From contig JBBQYG010000059.1 of the NCBI GenBank assembly GCA_038208905.1, positions 1-20,232 on the forward strand: a stretch of 20,232 nt of DNA. The letters are read 5' to 3'. The stretch comes from Candidatus Sumerlaeia bacterium (lineage in GTDB: Bacteria > Sumerlaeota > Sumerlaeia > SLMS01). Below are positions 14,303-20,232 of this stretch, piece after piece (the stretch's first letter is position 1; every line of letters starts with the position of its first letter). The notes beneath the pieces were generated by a model that was not told the origin of the DNA, did no database searches, and saw nothing but the letters and a program-made list of their open reading frames with translations. The translations under genes and the position numbers were made by a program.

Positions 14303-17134
14303 GTGCACCTGACCCCACGATGGTTCCAACATCTCCACTTCACGCTGGCGGCGCTTCTGGGCTTCGCGATGGCGACGTCCGCGCCCGCTCAAACCACCGG
14401 GAGGGGCGCCTCCATCGGCGGCGACTTGACCGTGTATGCGGCGGAGCGCGCCTATAGCTGGCGGAACTACAACGTTGCCTGGGAGTTGGCCCTCGGCGCA
14501 ATCCAGGGGGACCCGCCGGGCCTCCCCGCGATCCGCGTCTTCGTCGATATTGCCAGCGATCTCCACCGGCAGTCGGAAGTCCTGCGCCGCTTCGACCCCG
14601 AAACCGCCGCCACCCCCGAAGAGAAGGCCCTCGCTCACTACGCGCGGTCCTATCTGGCGCTCCAGACTGGCGACCTCGTGCGGTCACGCGAAGAAATAGG
14701 GCGCGCAATGGGGCAGGTAGGCAGAAATCTACCCTTCGAGATTCGACGACTGGACCTCGTCATCAGCCGGGAGGAAGGCAAGAAGTCTGGAAACGAGATT
14801 TTTCGCGAGTACGAGCAACTTGTCGCCGAGAACAACGATAACGGCCTGGCCCACCTCTCCTATATCAACACCTTCCACTTCTACCAGAACGAATCCCGGC
14901 GCCATAAACGGGCTGTGGCCGCCGCCATGGCCGCGCCGGAGCGCACGCCCCAGACCTACTTGCGGCAGATCAACTTGGAGGAGAACAGCTTCTGGTTTGA
15001 TCCCGCCCGCGCCTTGGAGATCGCAAACCAAGGCCTGGCCGAGTTTCCCGATGCCCCCGAGCTGGCTCTCGGCAAGGTAACCTATCTGCGACGCCTCGGG
15101 CGCACCGGGGAGGCGTTGGACCTCGCTCGCGAATGGGTCGCCAAGGCACCAAATCACGGCGGCTTCCGCACCCCGCTGGTGGACGTGCTGGAAGACCTTG
15201 GTCGCTATGAGGAAGCAATCGCCGAGTCCCTGCGGACCGCCGACCTGACCCACCAACCGGAGATCATCGAGGCGCAGCGCTTCAAGCGGGCCCGGCTGTT
15301 CCACTACTCCGGCAAGCGGCCGGAGGCCATCGAGGCGCTGACCGATTTCGTCAGGGTCAACCCCACGGGAAACTTCTCGCGCGCCGCGCGCATGCTGCTC
15401 TTCTCGCTCCAGACCAGCCAGCCCACCGATGTTGTCCGCGTCATCGCGGACGGAGGCTACGTTCAGCAGCGCGGCAACTATTGCGGGCCCGCCACCCTCA
15501 GCATGGTCCTCGGCCACTGGGGCGTCCGGCGCGGGCAGGAGGACGTCGCCGCGTCCGTCTATACGGGCATCGCCGGGACGCCGCCCCAGGTCATCCATCA
15601 CTACATCGCCTCCGTTGGCCTCGAAAGCGTCGAGTTCAAGGGAACGGACGAGAGCTGGAAGCGCCTGATCGACGCGGGGATTCCCGTCCTCTGGCTTCAG
15701 ATGAATGGATCCCAGGGCGGGCACTACCGTGTGGTTCTGGGTTACGACGACGTGCTCAAGAACTGGATCGTGAGCGACCCCAACTTCTACGCGCGCACGG
15801 AGATGAGCTACGAACTTGTGGACGACACCTGGATCCTGCCCAGTCTGCGCCGCTCCATTGCCATCGTCCCCAAGTCGCGCATCGACGACCCGGCGCTGGC
15901 GGACCTCGCGCCGACGCCGATCCTGTTTATCACCAACTGGGTGCTCTACGTCGCCACGGGCGCCAACCTCTTCGTCGGGCTGTTCCCCGCGCTGCTGGTT
16001 AATCTGCTGGTGGCGCTTGTCCTTGCGTGGGCTGTTGCCGGCTTGCTCAGGCGAATCACGTATCCCAACGTGGCTCTCTCGCAAATCCGGCTGATGGCAT
16101 GCCTGATGGTGCCGATCGCGGCGCTGAATCTGGTGGTTGGAATCTTCCGCCTCAGTCAGGGCGTCAGCGTCCTGCTCGCGCTGCACCTTGCCCTCGTCAC
16201 GCTGATTCCGCTGCTGGCGCTGCTTCTGGTGTTCCGGCGGCTGATCCACGACATCCTGCACCCGCGCGAGTCCCTTGGCCTTGTCGGCCTCGTGATCGTC
16301 GTGTGGCTGTGCCTCGCCTTCATCGATCAGGATCCGTGGCAGTGGGTGGTGCCGGTTTGCCTCCTCGTGGCGGCACTTCCGGCGATGCTCTGGCCCCGGC
16401 TGGCGATCAAGCGGGCGGAAAGCGCCCTGCGCAACGGAGAGCTGAACCGCGCGCTTGAACTGGCTCGTCGCCACGGCCACGAGGGCGCGCGCTACTTCGC
16501 CGCCATCGCCATCGAGATCGACGGCCACCTCTCCGCAGGTTCCTTCGACCGCGTCGTGACCATCGCGCGCAAGCTGCTGGCTGAGAACGCGGGTCTCGGG
16601 CGACCCCAGCGACTCGCCATTCGCCTCTACCAAATCGGGGCCGAAGCGCTTCGCTTCGCCGACGAGGACATCCACGCGGAGATTGTCGAATACCTCAAGG
16701 AGCGCGCCATGCCCCGCGGCCTGCGCACCGTCGCCGATGGGCTCCTCCTCTACGTCGATGGCGAGGTTGCCGCCCGCGGCGGCAGCGTCGCGCGCATACC
16801 AAACAACACCGAAGTTGATACGCTTCTTGCGGCGCTCTCGCTACTGGGCCGCAAGGCGCTTCCCGGATTTCCCGTCACCCGGACGCTGCGCGGGAGGTCC
16901 CTGCAATCCTGTGCCTTCCTCCTCGCCCTCACGGGGGCGTTGCGGCTGGCCGATGCCGCGGAGAACCCCGAGCGGCGACAGCATCTCTGGATGACGTGGT
17001 CTGGGCGATACGGCCTGATGCTGCGGCTCGTGCGCGGGTTCGAGGTCAACGCGCGGCCCTCGCGCGCCGTCGTGCGCAAGCCAGCGCCGAACCGCAGCCC
17101 CTCGGAGGAGAGGCGCGGCTCGGGAGTAGGCTGA
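14303..17134 (+). CDS. Membrane protein: signal peptide + TPR-like repeats + C39-like cysteine peptidase + 5-6 TM helices + helical C-terminal domain
   Basis: Signal ...LAALLGFAMATSAPA|Q. TPR-like units (ALEIANQGLAEFPD, LRRLGRTGEALDL, LEDLGRYEEAI). Peptidase motifs QQRGNYCGPATLSMVL, IDAGIPVL, GHYRVVLGYD and VSDP, giving Q388/C394/H474/D492. Hydrophobic block at about 15920-16395. Confidence 0.88.
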   Translation: MHLTPRWFQHLHFTLAALLGFAMATSAPAQTTGRGASIGGDLTVYAAERAYSWRNYNVAWELALGAIQGDPPGLPAIRVFVDIASDLHRQSEVLRRFDPETAATPEEKALAHYARSYLALQTGDLVRSREEIGRAMGQVGRNLPFEIRRLDLVISREEGKKSGNEIFREYEQLVAENNDNGLAHLSYINTFHFYQNESRRHKRAVAAAMAAPERTPQTYLRQINLEENSFWFDPARALEIANQGLAEFPDAPELALGKVTYLRRLGRTGEALDLAREWVAKAPNHGGFRTPLVDVLEDLGRYEEAIAESLRTADLTHQPEIIEAQRFKRARLFHYSGKRPEAIEALTDFVRVNPTGNFSRAARMLLFSLQTSQPTDVVRVIADGGYVQQRGNYCGPATLSMVLGHWGVRRGQEDVAASVYTGIAGTPPQVIHHYIASVGLESVEFKGTDESWKRLIDAGIPVLWLQMNGSQGGHYRVVLGYDDVLKNWIVSDPNFYARTEMSYELVDDTWILPSLRRSIAIVPKSRIDDPALADLAPTPILFITNWVLYVATGANLFVGLFPALLVNLLVALVLAWAVAGLLRRITYPNVALSQIRLMACLMVPIAALNLVVGIFRLSQGVSVLLALHLALVTLIPLLALLLVFRRLIHDILHPRESLGLVGLVIVVWLCLAFIDQDPWQWVVPVCLLVAALPAMLWPRLAIKRAESALRNGELNRALELARRHGHEGARYFAAIAIEIDGHLSAGSFDRVVTIARKLLAENAGLGRPQRLAIRLYQIGAEALRFADEDIHAEIVEYLKERAMPRGLRTVADGLLLYVDGEVAARGGSVARIPNNTEVDTLLAALSLLGRKALPGFPVTRTLRGRSLQSCAFLLALTGALRLADAAENPERRQHLWMTWSGRYGLMLRLVRGFEVNARPSRAVVRKPAPNRSPSEERRGSGVG

Positions 17135-17138
17135 GCCG

Positions 17139-18428
17139 CTAATACAGGCTGACGCCGCTGGCCGTCGCCGACGCCGGTGTCTCCAGGAACCCCAGCGGGC
17201 CCGGATAGACGAACCCGGGGAAATAGTTGGCCAGCGCCGCCGATCCGACGCCAAGTCGCTTGGTGAATATCTCGCCAAGCACCGTGCGGAAGTCCGTCGT
17301 GACTGCCAAGTCCTTCCTCTCGAAAAGGCTGTCGTTCGCCAAGCCCGGCCACGCGCCCCATACCTGCTTTGCGGCGATGTTCCGATTGAGCACCATCATC
17401 GCGCCGCCGTGGCCGTGGTCGGTGCCGCGGTTGTCGTTCTCCTTCAGGCGACGCCCGAATTCGCTCATCACGACCACCGTCAGGCGGCCGTGGTGGCTGG
17501 CCATGTCGTTCCAGAAGGAGTGCAGCCCGCCCGCCAGTTCCTCCACAAGGCGCGCAAAGGCTCCCGCCGCGGAGTTTCCATCCGCTTGGGACTCGTGGGT
17601 GTCCCACCCGCCCATGTCCACCGTGGCGGCCTGAAGGCCCAGGTCCATCTTCACAAGCTGGGCGATGTTGGCCAGCGCCCGGGAGAAGTCGTTGTCGCCA
17701 TACACCACCCCCGGCGTCGGCGCATAGGCGCCCACCGGATTCGCGTCCAGCAGGTCCGCCGTATCGAGCGTCTTGATCGCCACGGGCCCAAGGCTGGCAT
17801 CGAAGTTGTACATCAGGCGGAGCGCGCGACGGATATCGCCGGCGTGGGAGCCTGAGCCGCGGAGCGTGAACTCCCCCGGGTCGTTCATCGCCAGCGCGCC
17901 GGGGAATCCCGAGAGCGCCAGCGAGGCGGAGGCGCCAAACGTCAGCCCGCGGAACACGCCGCCATAGGAATCCTGGCTGGGGGCGCCGTTCAGGTAACGG
18001 CCGATCCATCCACCCGCGTCGCGATCCTTCCCGCCATTGTCCATGTAGTCCTGGGCCTGAAAATGGGAACGGCTGCCATCCGCGTCGGGAAGCCCCGTGG
18101 CTGGGATGAGCGCCAGATGCTGCTCGTCATACAACTCCTTGAGCGGCGCGGCGGATGGATGAAGCGCGAAGTATCCGTCCAGCATCGTCCCCGCCGCCGC
18201 GGAACCCTGAATGCGCAGGCGGGGACGGGCGTCGTGGTAGAGCGAGTCGGCGACGGGTATGAGGAAATTGAGCGCGTCCATTCCCCCGCGAAGGAAGACG
18301 TTGATGACAACATCCCGCGATGCGGCGGGCGCGCCCTGCGCAAAGACAAGGTCACCCAGGCGCGAGCCGTTCATGGCGACAATGCCTGCGCAGCAGCCCT
18401 GCAGGAACGTGCGGCGGTGGAGCTTCAT
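17139..18428 (-). CDS. DUF1501 family protein with Tat signal
   Basis: MKLHRRTFLQG twin-arginine signal; FLRGGMDALN, LHP, RSHFQAQD, GGWDTH, SEFGRR..EN...GTDHGHG and DL..TTDFR motifs. Confidence 0.95.
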   Translation of the reverse strand: MKLHRRTFLQGCCAGIVAMNGSRLGDLVFAQGAPAASRDVVINVFLRGGMDALNFLIPVADSLYHDARPRLRIQGSAAAGTMLDGYFALHPSAAPLKELYDEQHLALIPATGLPDADGSRSHFQAQDYMDNGGKDRDAGGWIGRYLNGAPSQDSYGGVFRGLTFGASASLALSGFPGALAMNDPGEFTLRGSGSHAGDIRRALRLMYNFDASLGPVAIKTLDTADLLDANPVGAYAPTPGVVYGDNDFSRALANIAQLVKMDLGLQAATVDMGGWDTHESQADGNSAAGAFARLVEELAGGLHSFWNDMASHHGRLTVVVMSEFGRRLKENDNRGTDHGHGGAMMVLNRNIAAKQVWGAWPGLANDSLFERKDLAVTTDFRTVLGEIFTKRLGVGSAALANYFPGFVYPGPLGFLETPASATASGVSLY

Positions 18429-18506
18429 GTTGAGGGGGGGACCTGTGATCGGGGTATCGTCCGATGCAACCACCATCGCCGCGCGGGCCCCGGTTGGCAA
18501 CGGAAA

Positions 18507-18562
18507 GGGCCCTCGGGAAAGGCCTGATTTCCCGGGGGCCCATTCCTGTCATGCGGGAATGG
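18507..18562 (-). terminator. Double hairpin after the Kelch gene (terminator or mRNA-stabilising structure)
   Basis: 14-bp stem GGGCCCTCGGGAAA / TTTCCCGGGGGCCC (18507-18541, one mismatch) followed by TTT on the minus strand; adjoining stem CCATTCC...GGAATGG (18540-18562). Confidence 0.55.
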
Positions 18563-18564
18563 AA

Positions 18565-20079
18565 CTAGCGGAGAGTCTCCAATACCGACGCGATCTCGCC
18601 AACGGTTCGCGTGCCGGCGCGCTGATCCTGCTTGCCACCCATCGAGTCAAAGAAAATCCAGGATGGCACCCGGAAGACGCCGCTCTGTTGCGCGACCTGA
18701 GGATACTTGCTCACGTCGATTTCCGCGAACACGGCTCGCTGGGTAAGGGCCGCGAACGCGGGATCGGAAAAAGTCCGGGCCTGCGCCACGCAGTCCGCGG
18801 CGGCGGGGCTGTGGAAGTACATGACCATGGGCCGCCGGTTCGCCGCGCTCTGGGCCCGCGCCGCTTCCAGTTGGAGGAACCCGGGAAGGCTTCCGGGGGT
18901 GGAGACCCTGGCGGGCGTCGTCGTGATCGTGTTGGAGGCGATGGAAGTCGATCCTCCCGCCGAGCCCACGTTTCCCGTGCCGCCAAAGTTGGCCCACTCG
19001 GCCTCGGCGGCCTGAAGGGCGGCGGGGGAGAGGCGCAGGATGAATACCTCGGGCGCCGGCGCATCCGTGCGCAGGATCTTCCCGCCAGAGATGTAGATCG
19101 CCGCGCGGCGATAGTCGGTCGCGGCAGCCTGGTACAGCTTGTTGGGAAGGTTCGTTGCCTGCTTCTGCCACTGGCGCATGCCCTGCGGCGAGACGCTGGT
19201 CCAATAGATGTCAGTGCTCATCCCGCCTGCCTTGTAGCGAGGCGAGATCGAGAAGAGGTACGGCCCCGCAACGGCTGACGTGGCCGAGTAGAATGCCTCC
19301 GGCAAATCGGCGGGCTCCGCGCGCCATTCCCCGATGCGCCCGTTGGAAAGCACCGGAGCGGAATACACCTTGGCGGTGGGATTGACGGGGGTTGTTTCGT
19401 CGTTCAATCCCCCCCACGCATAGGCCCGCCCGCCGACCACGGCGGCGCAGTGAAACCACAACGGCGCGGGAAGTGGCGACGACTCCGCCCAATCACCGAT
19501 GGAGCCGTCCGGCAGCACCGGCGCCGACCAGACACGGCTGGAGACTTCGGTCCTCGATAGCCCCCCCGTGATGTGTACATAGCCCGCCGTCGTCAGCGCC
19601 GCCACACAGGACAGCCCTGCCTCCGAAAAGGGCTTGGACTCGCGCCACGGCGCCAGATTGCCGTCGGGGAGCGGGCTGGACCACGTCACGGTATTGACGC
19701 GGTCGCCATTGAGCGAAAGCGTCGAGCCGCCCAGCACATAGGCAGTGTCGTTGAGGACGAGGGTGCTGTTGTTGATGTAGTGCCGCGCCACGGCGAGCGG
19801 CGTTGCCCGGCGCCATGCAAGCGGACGGCCATCGGGGGCCAGGGCGCTGGCGTCCACGCTTTGCGAGGGAACCTGTTTCCCCTGCTCGTTGATCGAGCCG
19901 CCCAGCATATACAGATTGTTGCCCAACACCGCCGACCCGTGGAAGGCCCGCCCCGCCGGCAGCGGGGTAGTGGGGCTCAGGAAGTCGCCCTGCGCCATGA
20001 TGCCCGTGTTGGACACGGCTCCAATCGCGAGGCATGTCGCAAGTGTGCGCCGAATCTTGCGTGCCAAAAAATTCATCAT
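18565..20079 (-). CDS. Secreted Kelch-repeat beta-propeller fused to a C-terminal thioredoxin-like domain
   Basis: About six repeats of the form Y..GG...V.SAP..PDG....W.....LP; G/S/T-rich linker; then AARAQSAANRRPMVMYFHSPAAADC...FAEIDV...GVFRVPSWIFFD..G. ATG 20079 with AAGGA Shine-Dalgarno. Confidence 0.88.
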   Translation of the reverse strand: MMNFLARKIRRTLATCLAIGAVSNTGIMAQGDFLSPTTPLPAGRAFHGSAVLGNNLYMLGGSINEQGKQVPSQSVDASALAPDGRPLAWRRATPLAVARHYINNSTLVLNDTAYVLGGSTLSLNGDRVNTVTWSSPLPDGNLAPWRESKPFSEAGLSCVAALTTAGYVHITGGLSRTEVSSRVWSAPVLPDGSIGDWAESSPLPAPLWFHCAAVVGGRAYAWGGLNDETTPVNPTAKVYSAPVLSNGRIGEWRAEPADLPEAFYSATSAVAGPYLFSISPRYKAGGMSTDIYWTSVSPQGMRQWQKQATNLPNKLYQAAATDYRRAAIYISGGKILRTDAPAPEVFILRLSPAALQAAEAEWANFGGTGNVGSAGGSTSIASNTITTTPARVSTPGSLPGFLQLEAARAQSAANRRPMVMYFHSPAAADCVAQARTFSDPAFAALTQRAVFAEIDVSKYPQVAQQSGVFRVPSWIFFDSMGGKQDQRAGTRTVGEIASVLETLR

Positions 20080-20123
20080 TTTGCCTTCCTTCTCCCCGTG
20101 GAATTCGTTCGTCAAGCGAGGTC

Positions 20124-20152
20124 ACCATGCCACCGGCCAGCGAGTGAATCAA
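20124..20152 (-). promoter_or_regulatory. Candidate sigma70-type promoter for the Kelch gene
   Basis: TTGATT-N17-CATGGT with an extended -10 TGn, 45 nt upstream of ATG 20079. Confidence 0.45.
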
Positions 20153-20232
20153 TCGTTTCGTCGCGCGTGCCTTCCAAACCGAATCGGACGCAGGCCTTTG
20201 GGTTCTGCCTGCCGGCCTCCAATTCAGCCAGT

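Noticed and set aside
14729-16675. 648-aa minus-strand ORF and similar long antisense ORFs (8359-9300, 9737-10804, 13038-14045, 16750-18009)
   Set aside because: Shadow frames of well-supported genes in high-GC DNA, with no recognisable motifs.
20052-20067. TTGGCACG on the minus strand as a sigma54 -24 element
   Set aside because: No GC at -12, and it lies inside the Kelch coding sequence.
20172-20220. CAAACC...GGACGCA resembling a c-di-GMP-I riboswitch
   Set aside because: The P2 stem is too short, there is no GNRA loop, and the GGCAAA and GCAAA elements are incomplete; an Infernal search with RF01051 would settle it.

Overview
GC-rich bacterial chromosomal window. The pilin N-terminus (PNFLEAQTRSKVSRVKSD.RSLATAIE.Y..D.N.YP) resembles the prepilin paralogues I recall from Candidatus Sumerlaeota (BRC1) and related phyla; this taxonomy is inference only. 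In order, the window holds: an internally deleted IS5-like transposase remnant; a REP/REPIN-like doublet; a minus-strand MarR-DoxX-PilZ run; a 0.8 kb scar of three unrelated gene fragments (receiver domain, RHS core that the ORF track misses, zeta-toxin-like ATPase tail); ilvD; a secreted hypothetical protein; an LpxH-like phosphoesterase; a DUF502 plus sigma54-activator operon behind a candidate sigma54 promoter; a minus-strand run of DUF6677-like, 67-aa membrane protein, type IV pilin-like, membrane protein and GT4; an LVIVD-like propeller; a 943-aa signal peptide-TPR-C39-like cysteine peptidase-multi-TM-helical tail protein (the most unusual gene); a Tat-exported DUF1501 protein with no adjacent DUF1800; and a Kelch plus single-Cys thioredoxin-like fusion. 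No rRNA, tRNA or CRISPR array was seen. Family calls come from motif recognition by eye, not database searches.
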